DNA of 64,000 nucleotides from Hyphochytrium catenoides (taxonomy: Eukaryota; Protista; Hyphochytriomycota): contig FLMG01000761.1 in assembly GCA_900088475.1 (NCBI GenBank), forward strand, positions 1 to 64,000. Direction: 5' to 3'. Below are positions 25,133-37,645 of the stretch, in pieces; within the stretch, counting starts at the first letter, position 1; every line of letters begins with the position of its first letter. The notes below the pieces were generated by a model. That model saw nothing but the letters and a program-made list of their open reading frames with translations, had not been told where the DNA came from and did not search any database. The translations under genes were made by a program, and so were the position numbers.

Positions 25133-25638
25133 CTAGCCCCATTCGTCTACCAAGTTGCAGATGGAATCGATGTCCACCACCTGTCCTTCTGACTCCTCCC
25201 CGCCACTCTCTATAAACCGAATGGCGCGGTTAGCAATGCTTTGAACCGTGTACTCCTGCTCCTGAGTTAGAGTCGCCCTTCGAATCTCTCTCTCTTTCTC
25301 CTCTCTTCTCTCTCCCTCGTTCTCTCCCTCCAGTTCTGGATCTTTCAACGGCGATGAAGAGAAAGCCGACAGAGTCCCAATACAGATGCCATCGGAGGTG
25401 ATGAGCCTCATTCCCACGTAATAATCAATGTCCAGGCGCGCTCTCTCTGTCCCTTTCTTCTCTCTCTCTTCTCTCCTTCCCTTTCTCTTGCTGCTTCTGT
25501 GCGGCAGTAGAGCTAAGTCTGCATCCTTAACATTCGTCATGACGAAAGGACATCCACTCGCTTGCACNNNNNNNNNNNNNNNNNNNNNNNNNNNNNNNNN
25601 NNNNNNNNNNNNNNNNNNNNNNNNNNNNNNNNNNAGAC

Positions 25639-25681
<43 letters not shown>

Positions 25682-28600
25682 CAGAGAGAGAGAGGGAGAG
25701 AGAGAAAAAGAGGGAGAGTGAAAGGTTGAAGAGGAGGCGGGGAAGGAGAGCAACCGGAGTGGGAAGAGTCGGCAAAAAAGAGAAGAGTCAGTCCTCCTTC
25801 TTAACCGTCCTTCCTCTTTAACATTAGAACGTGGGACATTGACACAGAGAGAAAGAGGAATCGAGACAAGAGACACAGAAAGAGAGAGAAATGAAAACCA
25901 TAGAGAGGGAGACACACAGTGAAGAGAAGGAAAGAACTCTTTGAGAGGACTAGCCAGAGAGGCAAAGTTCTTGAGTCCAGCAGTACCTGCTTTTCTCTTG
26001 TCTCGGGCCCTATAACGGCAAGTGCAAGGTGCTTTCTCTCTCCACAGGCGACCGCTAAGCAGACGTTCTCCACGTTGACTGCTCCTCCCAATGAGAGACA
26101 GAGAAAGGAGAGAAAGTCCACGATGTTAGGATTATAGAGGACATCCAGAGAGAGAATCTTCTGAATTCTTCTCTTTCTCTTGCACCGTCGGATCGACTCC
26201 AGAACCACGGAAGACAGCTCTCTTCCCTCGTTCCCTTTCTCTGCGGTCCATCCAGAGCTGTAGGCAGTGTTTGTAGAGAAAGAGAGAGGCTCACTCTCTC
26301 TCTCGCCTTTCCTTTTATCCTGTGCCTCGCTTCTACGAGGCAAAGCTGCGGGTGGAGGAAGGAGAGGATACGTGTAGCGGAGAGCTGGAAGCCAGGAGAA
26401 AGATGAGCTAGAGAGAGATTTTTGAGTCCTTGTTCTGCCACTGTTTTCAGAGACAGAGGACTGTGAAGGACACGAAGAAGAATAAAAAGAGAGGGAAGAT
26501 AGTTGCTCAGAGGCCGAAGGGGAAGGGAGGGGACAAAGAGAAAGAGGGAGAGACTCTGGCAAGACTGAGGAGATTGGAGCGGAAATTGAGTCAGAAGAGG
26601 CAGCTGAGAGCGAGGGAAGAGAGAGAGGAACATTCTCCCGTTGGCAGAGGGGAAGAGAAAGATGGGAAGATGGAAACGAGGCCGTTGGACCAAGGGAAGG
26701 AGAGAGAGAGGCCAGGTGCTCCTGAACGCTATGGAGGGATCCCCTTGAACTGGCAGACGATGACTGTGAAGGAGGAGAAGACGAGAACATCCTCGGTGAG
26801 GAGGAAAGGGAGAGCGAGGATTCTTCGGTAGTATAGAAATGGTCTTCTGCCTCCTCTCCTTCCTCCTCTTCTATTTGTTCAAGGGGAGACGAAGATTGTT
26901 CACATCCTTGCGATGTCTCGTCTGGTTCTTTCTCTTCCGTCTCTGTCTCTTCCGTCTCTATCTCGCCTGGCTCTCTCTGTTCTGTCTCTTCTGACTCAGT
27001 CTCGTCTGGCTCTATCTTTTCTGTCTCTTCTGCCTCTGTCCCTTTTTGATCTGTCCATTCTATCTCTGTCTTTCGTTGATCTGTCTCCTCTGGCTCTGTC
27101 TCATCCGGCTCTGTCCTGTCTGTCTCTTCTGGCTCTGTCTCTTCTGCTTTCCTCGGGCTCGCCTGGACCTGAAATGTCTCAGTGGGAGCAGCTGCGAATG
27201 ATACTGGCCGAGGCGATAGGCGACAGGGAGAGAGAAGGCAGGGCGAACGGGGAGAAGGAGAGAGAGAAGCCGTGGGATGTTCACATCCCTGTGCCTCCTC
27301 TTCAAATATGCGCTCTTTGGCAGGATCACTGTCCTCTCTTTCTTTTCGAAAGTCAACACTCCTGTCCCGATCGATCTCTCTCTCTTCTGCACGTGCCGCG
27401 TCTTCTTCTCCCACCGCCTCTTCCTCCCAGGGCAGGGCAAGCATAGGGCGAACAGAAGAGAAAAGAGTATCAGTTTTTCTCTCGTTTGACCGTCTTCTGT
27501 TCCTGCTCCCGTTCGTGTCTCTCTGAAGAACCCTAGTCAGCAGCTCAAAGTCCTTCACCATCGCTTCAAAGGACTTCTTGGGAGTCTCTCTCTCTTCTCG
27601 CGCTTGGATTTCCAAGGAGGAGGCTACATCCCAAGAGAAAGATTTTGGCTTTCTCGTTTTCCGCATCGGGTCTTCTGCTTCACCGCACTGCCTCTCTTCT
27701 GGGTTTGCTATGAGTCCTCCTCTTTCGTCTCGACCTCTCTCACGCCATAGAAGCTCATCGCTTTCTCTCTCTCCTGCTCTGAAACTCTCTTCTACCTTCA
27801 GCGGTTCTCCCTCTCTTTCATCTCTTTCTCTCTCCCTTGTCATGTCTCTTCTCTCTAGGCAGCTCTTGCACATCCTTAGCTTGGATTGTCCAAGGACTGG
27901 GGGATAGACACCATGATAAGAGCAGCAGCGAGAGCAAAAGATCTCTCCACAAAGTCTGCAGTGGTGTCTCCTTCTGACAAGAGAGAAAGTTTCTTTGCAC
28001 TCCGTGCACTGTTTCCTCTCTTTGTCGGAGACCCACGTTTGAGGAGAGACGACAGCCGTGCGGTACATGAGAGAACCGGCCCTGTCCCTCCCTCTTAGAC
28101 TCTCTCTCTCCCCTGTACTGCCTGTGTCACGTGTGCCACTTCTCTCTCTCTTTCTCTCTCGTTCACTTCGTCTTTCTCTCTCCTTTGCTCTTTCTCTTTC
28201 TTCTCTTAGAGCTGGAAGGAGCATTGTGGGAATGTCCTCAAGGAGCTGGAAGAGCTGCTGAATACATAGTTGCCGGCGGAAAGGCTCGTAGCTGTCGTCC
28301 ATAGATAACCTTCTGCTCTCTCGTCTTCTTCTCTCTTTCTCTTCCTCTTGTTCCACTCTTTCTCCCACGTTAAGACCTAGACCGTGCAGTTCTTCCTCGT
28401 GCAGCTCGTCCTGCCACTGCAGAAACTCATCCAAGACGCTTGTCCCTTGGTTTGTCTCTTGATCGTCCTCTTTCTCTGCATCCTCATCTCGATCTTCTTT
28501 CTCTTCTGTTACAGATACGTGGAGTTGAAGGTAGAAAAGATTTCTCTCTCTCGTGGGCAGAGCCAGAAGGCCGACAGAGAGAGAATCGTCAGAGAGAGAG

Positions 28601-29277
28601 AGGGGATGAAACCTTCGAGGGTTTCTCACTCTGAACGCCACGCCTAGCACAGGCGGTGCCGAAGGAGAGACAGAGGAGGAGGAGAAGAAAGAGGAAGGAG
28701 AGAGAGAGAATGGAGAAAGGGGTTCTCTCCTCTCTTTTCTCTCGACAGATGCGTCTAGATCTAATATTGCCATGGAAAGCCCCTTCTCTCCCTCCCAAAA
28801 CTCAACAGCTCCATAGGGCGAGAAGAGAGAGTTATCCGAGTTGGGAGAACAAGGGGAAAGAGGTGGCGAGAAGAGGGAGGAAAGAGAAGAGAGGGGTCGT
28901 CTCCCTGTCTCTCCAGAAAGAAGGGCAAACCCTGCGCTTTCACCCCGAAGAGGAGAGCCAAAGCGCTCTTCTATGGCGCTCCAGAGAGGAGAGAGCAAAG
29001 ACTCTTTCTTGGAGAAGAAGAGGTCTGTCAAGTCACGAGTGGAGGCAAACACGGGGAGAGATGACTTCAGCCTGTATGTTGAGGAAGACGAGAGAGGAAA
29101 GAGAGAGGAAGAGAGACGGAAAGACTCTGATCGGGAAGAAGACTCATCTCTTCTATGGCTGATGATAGCGCCTGAGGAGCTTTTCTCTAAGAATTGCCAG
29201 GGGGAGGGCGAAGAGACCTCGCTAACGAGCTGGAAGACTTGCTCTTTGGTTCTTTGAGAGAGAGAAGGAAGTGGCAT
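25133..29277 (-). CDS. FYVE zinc finger plus C-terminal GAF-domain protein, possibly with a degenerate START-like N-terminus; interrupted by an assembly gap
   Basis: FYVE at ~27860-28035: WVSDKERKQCTECKETFSLVRRRHHCRLCGEIFCSRCC...MCKSC. GAF-like segment PFVMTNVKDAD...IDYYVGMRLITSDGICIGTLSAF...LTQEQEYTVQSIA. Confidence 0.85.
25568..25634. other. Assembly gap hiding an intron-exon junction of the GAF domain
   Basis: N run beside (AG)n. Confidence 0.99.
26915..27147 (-). repeat. Coding minisatellite (~15-bp, 5-aa unit; EPEET/EPDET)
   Basis: EETEPEETDRTEPDETEPEETDQRKTE...EPDETESEETEQREPGEIETEETETEEKEPDET. Confidence 0.8.
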
Positions 29278-29637
29278 CTTTTTCAACAGAAAGAGAGCTC
29301 AAGAGCTGCCAAAAAGAGAGAAGGGAAGAGGAAAGAAAGAGTTGAAGGGTGAGCGAGAGAGAGAGACAGGAGAGAGAGAGAGAGATAGAGTATGACCCTT
29401 GGGATTTCACAGACTCGCGGCTGGCATGGAAGTGCCTGCCACACGTCTCTCACCCCTGGTCCTGGATGCGCTCGGGAGGCGCTCATTCCCTTCTCTTTCC
29501 TTCTCCGAAGCGCTGCATCCTGCTCTCTCAGAGCTTTATCAAACTTTATTATCTGGTTCTCTCTTGCCACCGTAACAACTCAGAGAGAGAGAGAGAGTGT
29601 GGAAGATCAGTGGAGAGAGAGAGAAAGAGAGAGGGAA

Positions 29638-29674
<37 letters not shown>

Positions 29675-29937
29675 GAAAACGAGGACTAATGACTGTACTG
29701 AGGAGGGAATAACCAGAGCAGCGCCGTGCTGGAGAGAGAGTGTCAGAAGGAGGAAGTCAACTCAGCAGTAGAAAAGGACCCAATAGGTCAAAGAAGAAGC
29801 AAGAATCAAGAATGAGCAAGCGGGGCCACTGAGAGGGCTAACGTACTAGAGAACGAGACGAAACCCGAGGAGAAAGAGGGAGAGAGAGAAAGAGGGAGAG
29901 AGAGGGAGAGAGAGAGAATGGGGGAAGGAGGTTGAGA

Positions 29938-29968
<31 letters not shown>

Positions 29969-30523
29969 ATAGGGGAAGGAGGTTAAGAAGAGCGAGGCGC
30001 CCCGCCGCTGCAAGCCAAGCCTTGTGTGAGAGCTGTCTGCCGGTCCATAAAAATGGAGGACAGAGACAAAAGGGGAGGGAATGGCAGAGACCGGCGCCAT
30101 AGGCAAAGGAAGAGAGAGAGCGCGGGAGAGACAGAGGGTGACGACAAGGCACAACAGAGACTCGACATGGAGAAAGACGGAGAGAGAAGAGGGAGATAAT
30201 GAGAGACAGAGAGAGAGAGCGTCTGAGGGAGAGAGGAAGGGAGAAGAGACACACATGTCATAGAATAATGGAAGAGCCAAGGGCCTGTCTTCCTCCTCTT
30301 GTGCATCTCTAAAGCGTCAACACAAGCCAGTACCCGACAGAGGGAAAGAGAGAGAGGTCGATATCCGTTCCCCACTGGACTCACAGGGCACTACGGCCAT
30401 GGACGAGAGAGTGCGGAGGCTGGGACATCATCACAGCCCCAAAGACACAGAGTCTAAACCAGCAAGGAGAGAGGCGTAAGCAGAAGGGAGTGACGCAGAG
30501 GGAGAGTGAGGAGAGAGTTGGGT

Positions 30524-30543
30524 NNNNNNNNNNNNNNNNNNNN
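30524..30543. other. Assembly gap beside (AG)n
   Basis: N run. Confidence 0.99.
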
Positions 30544-30591
30544 GAGAGCGAGAGAGCGAGAGAGAGAGAGCGAGCGAGAGAGAGAGAGAGC

Positions 30592-30622
<31 letters not shown>

Positions 30623-32517
30623 CCAGTGGCCTTCCCACCAAGGTTGATCAGCAACAAATGCTTACTGCGTGCGAGTTCGTAGACTTGGCTCTTGAGAGCG
30701 TATTATTACCACGGAAACAGCCTTTACTAGTAGGAGTCAATGACTACTAAACCGTACCTTCTTTAAAATCTACGATTCGGATCCGCCATTTTGTAACGGG
30801 TGGGAAGATGGGAATCAGGTTTTTGACCTCTTCACTTCCTCACCAGCTTCTCTCTCACTCTCTCTCTTATTCTCTTCTGTCTGCCGCTCTTCCTCGCCTT
30901 CGCTTTCCCTCTCGGTATCATCTAAACCTCAAGTGCTCCTATCTCCTATCCCTCACCTCTGTCTGCCTGTCTGTGTCTACCTCTATTTCCATCATCTGGT
31001 TTTTTAAGGACGGGTCCCCAACGTCACCTTTGACTTTGACAAGCTGCCTATGTGAGGCAAATAATTGAGTGAAGTGGCTCAACAGAGCCATTGCTTGCCA
31101 TTCTCTAGGTCCAGACTCTGGACTTTCGAACTCGAAGAAGAGAGAGCTCTGCAATTCTAAGGAGGCTAACAAGCTTGACCTCTGAAGAGGTGGAAGATCG
31201 CCAGCAAACAGCAGTGGATCGCGGTGATGCTTCTTCCCAATTGTCTTCCTTACTAGACGGCATTGTGTCGAGCGGTAAGCATTTACCTCTCTGTACTCAA
31301 TGCCTACATATGACTGTGAATAGAAAAGCTTGGTCTCATGCTCAGGTGATTCCACTTAGCCAATCTCCTTCTGCCATAAAACTTTCTGCGCACATCCCTG
31401 ATGTTACACCCAAACCAACCTGCAGTGCCTGCCCTTCATCATCATGTTCACTTTTCCTTTGTTTGCATGCCTGGTAGACTGCTAATGATCGCACTAGGGT
31501 TATCATTTGTCAGTTATTTGACTGGTTATCAACCACAAAGTCTTTTCTCCACAAACGCACGTGCATCTGTCTGTACATACAGGAAGAAACGGGCGTACGT
31601 GCATACGTAAGTATGGTTATTCCTAATTTAAGTACTTTGCGATGGTCTTCTAACTGAATACAAGCAAGCTGTTCCGGAATGTAGTGAAAGCTTTGTGGTG
31701 TTCAGGTTGCCTGTTAGTTTCGGGACTCGTGTTCTCCCCTCCTCAACCATACATCACAGCCTGCAGTAATAATGAAGCAGATCTCCGTGGCACCCTCCTC
31801 GTAGCTCTTTGGTCCCATCTCTAATAATAGTTGCCCATCATTGGTTCAGGTGGGTTTTTGAAGTCGTTCCGCAAGAGATTGAAGGCTTCTCTACTCTCTT
31901 GCCTATCTCTTCCTCCATCTATTGTACGCTCTGTCTTCTCAGCTCTGAGGTTATCTCTAAGTGTACATCGTATCTACATACTATCTCTGTATAGTGTCAG
32001 CTCTCACTCTGACTCGCTCGGTGTCTATCGATCGGCTGTTTCGTCAGTGTCTGCAGGTGATCGATCAAGTGCTGCTGCAGCGTGAGAACCAAGTTCTACC
32101 GCTTTCCTTCCTTCTTCCTGCTGTCACTCACGCTGCCACTGCCGCACATAGCCCGCCAACTAGTTCTAAAGGCTGTTTGACGTCTTAGAACTTCATCTTC
32201 CACGCTGTTCGTGCCGGTTGGACGCAGCTTCTTCTTGCTGCTGTTCTCTTGCACAGCACAGATCGCTCTCCTTCCTTCGTCAGCTTTCGCTCGCTTCACG
32301 CGCTTTTGCTCTGAGGGCCAAGTGGAGAGAACAGAGAGGATGTGGCAGTGAAGCGAGACGGGTGCCTGCCTAACCTTTGATCGCGTTTAACACTAAGCAC
32401 CTCAGCTGTCTTTTCGGCATTAACCGGTCTCACTCATAGCTCTGTTGGTTTAATGCTGTGAGGATAAGTGGTACCGGCTTCCTTTTTAGCGACTGGCAAT
32501 AGGGTCTTGCAGGACCT

Positions 32518-35325
32518 ATGTCTGGCGAGGTTGGAGTTCTTCTAAGACCTTCTCCTCCGGAAGCGTTGGACAGAATGAGCCCAGGTGTAGAAAGCTTAGG
32601 TGTTGCTGCTGCAACAGAGGCACAGCCATCAAGTAAGCAATCTCTGAACGGGACGCCGCCTATGTCAGCGACCATCGCAGATGCAGTAGAGGTCTCTCCG
32701 AATGTGGAGCCGAAGTCCGTGAAAGGTACAGAGAAGGGAAGCGTGTCAGCGGAGAAACAAAGCAACGCTTTCTTGAACAAAGATGAGAAAGAAAAGGCAC
32801 CAACGACAGGCCCATCTATGGCACCGAGTTCGTCCATTCCTCTATCACCTCCACCTATTGCCCCAGAAGCTCCATCAGAGCTTTCAGCCATTGAAGATAT
32901 CATGAAGTTCCTTCAGTTCAAACCAGCGATGAAGCCTAACAGTACCTACCGCGGCAACGTAGTGTTCAATTTTAAGCTTAAAGACGGTGACATTGCTGTC
33001 TACACTCTTATAGTGACGGAGGATGGCGTGAGAGTAGAGCGAGGGGAGAAGCATGACTCTATCTCATGTGAGATCACCATCTCCGTGGATGACTTTATTT
33101 ATTTATACTCTGGAAAAGCCAGCGCATCTTGGCTCACTTCTAGCTGCTACTCAGGGAAGATCAAGGTGCACAGAATGGCCTACAGGAACCTCACTCTCTT
33201 TGCCACGTCATTTGACTACTCGAGTGAGATGTGGAAAAAGTACTACGAAGACACGGCACAGGAGACACTCTCTAGCGAGCAAAAAGCGGCTGTTTCTTCG
33301 TCCTCTCAGGAGCATGATAAGCCAGGACTACCAGGTATTGGCCGTGATCAAGCCATTGAGTCAGCCTTGGATGGTAGTAGACCTACTATAGGAACAGGAG
33401 ACAGCACAGCAGATTCAAGTACAATCCTCTCTCCGACCCATCGTGAGCTCATTGCTGCGCTTGGGGCCAAGAATGCTATAACCTACGAACCAAGAGAAAA
33501 GGAAGAAGGTTCGGAGGCCAAGGAGGACCAAGGGCATTGGGTCCCTTACGATCAAGCCCTCTCAGCTTACTCTCAGTGCTCCTGCTTACCAGGAGCGAGC
33601 TACGCACTGAGGATCAACGGTATCTCTGTCCCCTTCTTACACGGTCCAAGATGTCCTGCTTCGCTCTATGATTGTGCTCAGATCCTATGCCAGACTTTAG
33701 AGCGATCGCAAGTGCTTGTGGCCCCAAACAAAACGGAGCCAATCCTAGTTGCAGCCGATTTGGGCGGCGCTGTTGATGGTGCAGCCATTGAACTGGCTGA
33801 AGTAGACAGAGGTGAAGAGGAAGACACCTCTCCAAGGTCTAATGTATGGCAGCTTGTGGATGCTTCATCAAACGACTCAGTGGCTAAATTTGGAAGGAGT
33901 AACAAAACTGGTGGGCATCAGAGGAGAGAAGTGAAGACGGCCTCTCTCTCTAACATCAGACTTAACTCAGTGGCGGAAAAGATGGGGCTTCTGAAGTTAA
34001 TGGATGTGGATAGCATGGTGGAGAATGACCTAGACGAGCTCCTGAACAAGAAAGAGAAGGAATCCCCATCTACATTATTAAGAGCAGAATGCAAAGAGAG
34101 GGCGACACCAGGTCTGAGGGTGAAGAAAGTCTTTCCAACCCTACACCCCAGTCTAGAGTACGCGATGGAGGCCTCTGTGAGCTCTCCCGGCTCACAACTC
34201 TTCCGTATGTGACCTCCGTCTTTGACGATCCGGTTCTACCCCTATGTTGGTCTTCTGAGTGTTGTTCCTTCTTCTCGTCCTCTCATGTTATCACAAAGAT
34301 ATCTTCCTCTTTATACTCTCTGCTTGTCTTCTGCTATGCCTAAGTCTCTCGATTTCTGCTTTCCTTGGTTCTGACTATCTTGCGATTCTTCCCTATGGAT
34401 CCTCTTCTGCAGACTCTTTGGTCCTTCCTAGACAGCCGACGATGTCACCGACAGCACCCACTACTATGGGTGATGGCAGGAGAAGATACAGCAATGCCAG
34501 TAACGAGGCTAGAAGATCGGAGGCCGCACCTTTCGCTCCATCTGTTGTCTCCTCTCAGTCCTTTGGGCCTGATCCAGATCTCACGTCTCTCTTCAGTGAA
34601 CTGGATGAGGACTTGGGGCTGAGCCACCACCCTGCTCGCCGGGAGAACTCGCAGCTTTTGGATGACGGTCATAAAGGAAAGAGCAGGGCGGAAGGTAGCT
34701 ACTATGTTCCCGCCTACTCTATGGCCCTGAGAGAGGTGAGGGCTGAGTCAACATGCTTGAGTATTACTGCTTCCTACTAGCCAGTGCTTCTTCTATTCGG
34801 TTGTCTATAGTCCTATAAAGCGTCCTCATTAGACGATAGCCAAATATTGCCATCTTATGTCCACCTCTTTACCGTTTTCTGCAGATCAAGCTTCACACTG
34901 ATCAGCTGGTGGAGTCTCTTCGCGAGAAGACTAGGGAGATGACCAGTTCCCCCTCAGCTCAAGTAGAGAATCTTGCCCCTCCATCTGTCCCTTGGGCATG
35001 GGCAGAAAGCACTGGGAGTCCGCACGCTGACTCCAGGGCTATAGAGATACCCTACTCTTCGTCTTCTCCGTCCTCTCTACGCCCTGGAATGGCTGTCAGG
35101 AAAGTTAATCATAGCCGGTTAACACCTAAAATGATCCAGCAGAATATGATCCGTGACCTGAAGAAGGGCAAGGAGGTCCTTGAAAACAGTAAGCAAGCGC
35201 TAGGAAAAATGCTGAAGCCTGGTCTACAGCCAAGGGAGGTCGACTCCGACAACGACTGCGGTGCAGGATCGCCGCCGGCCGACGGAATTGTCTCATACTC
35301 TGCCTTCAAGAAGCGTCAACGATAG
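32518..35325 (+). CDS. SCP2 (sterol carrier protein 2)-like domain protein with long disordered regions (exons 32518-34204, 34413-34735, 34885-35325; ~816 aa)
   Basis: YRGNVVFNFKLKDGDIAVYTLIVTEDGVRVERGEKHDSISCEITISVDDFIYLYSGKAS...YSGKIKVH matches the SCP2 pattern; introns are phase-compatible. Confidence 0.78.
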
Positions 35326-35933
35326 AAGTGAAGAAGGCGCAGAAAGACCTGACAGCCTTCTCTGATCTGTTTTGCTACGTCCTGTGTATATGACTACTTC
35401 CCTACTGGAAATTCACCTCTGCGAATGGTGGTATGGGAGGTGCTGGTACAATATTGTTATTTATTTGCTAGTTTTTATAAGCACACTAATGGTCACTTCA
35501 CCCGGAAGTCCATCGTCTTGCTCCTTCTTCTGATCCTCCGCGTCAGCATCAAGCCTTCCTTATTCTCTAACAGATGGCCACTTCCTGTTGCTTATTCATC
35601 CTAAGGCCCCAACTAGCCATACGTCGCACCGACTGCGCTGAAGATAGTTTGTCGATTGTCCTCTCGTATGACCTTTAGAGGCCTGATCAAGATAGCGAAG
35701 ACACTTGCCGTGTTGTGTGTGAATACAGAGAAGCGTGACGGAAGAAGGACGACTTTGTCTGTCATGGGTAGAATGGGTAATGTACCCTCTTATCAAGCTA
35801 GAGATATACCTTAGGTATGGGATCTGGGTCTTACTTGGGTAGGTTGATGGTAAATAATGGGTAGCTGAATAAATGGACGTTAGCGGCTGTTGTTTGCGGC
35901 TGGCGCGGATGGTAGCGGTCTTAGAGGTGACCC

Positions 35934-36057
35934 ATGACCAGCAAGCATCAGTAAGAGCTTCGTCATTGCGTCTCAGCAAAGCATCTTCTGACGTCTTTAT
36001 AATCCAGCAAAGCCGGGCTTGCATGTTCCCCTAGCCCGACTGGTGCTTGCTGGTCAT
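35934..36057 (+). other. Intergenic inverted repeat forming a predicted three-way-junction RNA structure
   Basis: 19-bp stem 35934-35952/36039-36057 with one G-U pair, enclosing two hairpins. Confidence 0.6.
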
Positions 36058-36213
36058 CGGTGCCTGTCATAGTAACTTCTTTATTGCTGATTAGTCTAGG
36101 CCTGTGCGTAGAGCAAAGGCTGGAATTGTTGAAGGCTAGTGTTTTGAGCAAAAGTCTCGAATAAGGCATAGACAGAGCTGCTTCTTACTGGGATCGAATT
36201 GCCGACGTACATA

Positions 36214-37645
36214 ATGCTTAGGTATGAAGATGACCAAGGTGAACATTGCATTTGTGGCCAGCTAACCATGTCGCTCTCCTCAGAAGAGCACTTAGACATG
36301 CCGTCTCCCCGGCTTTGGCAAACCGGACAGTAGGCTCTGTGCGATGTATGAGGTAAACTGTCTGCAATACTTTATAGGTTCTATATGTTATCGACTCTGA
36401 CCGCCTCGGGCCTTCGCGTTTAGTCGAAGATTGGAAGTGGTCTTGCTTGAAGACATTCCGGGTATAGGAGAAAAGGGCAGTCTTGTCACGATGCCGCCAG
36501 GACACATGAGAAACTTTTTGTATCCACAGAAGAAGGCTGTCTACGCCACAGAAGCTAACAAGGCCAAGCTTGTCCAGACTAAACAGGTATAAAGTAGGGG
36601 ACAAGAGGCTATAGAGGGATGTCCTTCAAGGATAAAGCGACAGATTTACCGAGGAAGACCAGCCGGGGCAGTTTGGATCTATAAAGAGAAGAAGATGGAA
36701 TTGGAAGACAGGAGGACACGGTGTCACACGGGAGAATAAAGAAAGATCAGTGATAGAAGACGGACGCTCGAGAGATACCTCATAAACCATTCACAGAGGA
36801 GAGACAAAACAGAACAAGCAATAACGAAGAAACGAGGCGAGAGAGCACACGGGAATGCAGGACTGTGACCAAGCATTCTCTTCACTTAAGACGATATTCA
36901 AACCATCTATGATCACCTCCAGGAAGTGGATGCAGATGTTCTGGAGTTCCAGAGGCTTGTTGAGAAAGTGCAGCAGCGTCTCAACAAATATCCGCTTGTC
37001 TTCCGCCGTCAGCTCCTGGCAGGGAAGTCACTGAAGAGCGAAGTCAAGTAAGTTCATGGGGGACACGGCTAAGCAACATGACGAGAAAGTGTACCAGAGC
37101 AAATCAAAGAATCATAGGCGTGAAAGCCGTAGTGGGGCAAGCTTCAGACCAGGGTTGAGGGAGAGTGAAGAAGGCTCTTGCAAGCTGAGGTACATATGGG
37201 CCGGCACGGGAACCTTTGCTGACGCTCTCTTCCTTTCAAGTGCCGAGATGGTCCAAGAAAGCCTAGAGAAGCACCATGGTATCAAGGTAGATCTAGAGTG
37301 CATTAAGCTCCCCGATGAGCGCCCCATCAAGGTAAGGCTGCCTCATTCGTCCTCTACCACTTTCTTGCTCCTTGGAAAGCCCACTCTCACTCTCACACTC
37401 TTTTCCTAACTCCGCTCACGTATGGCACTCTCTCTCTCTCTGCTGCTCTCACTCTGTCGCCTCTCATATATTCTCGCATACCTTCGTATCTTTCGCCCTG
37501 TAACCCCTAACCTTTGCTGCTTATTCAGAGCACTGGCACGTATGAGGCAGAGATCGTTATTGATAACATTCCACAAATGATCACTGATCCAGAGAAGGAT
37601 GGCAAGGTGGTGATCAAGGCGAACGTAGAGGTGGTCCCACGGTAG
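36214..37645 (+). CDS. MRPL9: Mitochondrial ribosomal protein bL9m (exons 36214-36221, 36284-36352, 36424-36586, 36923-37047, 37241-37331, 37529-37645)
   Basis: Presequence MLRRALRHAVSPALANRTVGSVRC. L9 N-domain LEVVLLEDIPGIGEKGSLVTMPPGHMRNFLYPQKKAVYATEAN. L9 C-domain GIKVDLECIKLPDERPIKSTGTYEAEI...NVEVV. All intron phases agree; missed as a whole by the ORF track. Confidence 0.92.

Noticed and set aside
29895-29992. ~52-bp direct repeat (gagaat(g/a)ggggaaggaggtt(g/a)agaagag)
   Set aside because: Slippage duplication within AG microsatellite; no functional hint.
35934-36057. Assignment of the hairpin as SRP RNA or a TPP riboswitch
   Set aside because: Lacks the helix-8 GNRA with CAGG/AGCA in the right order and the TPP ACCUGA core; kept only as an unassigned structure.
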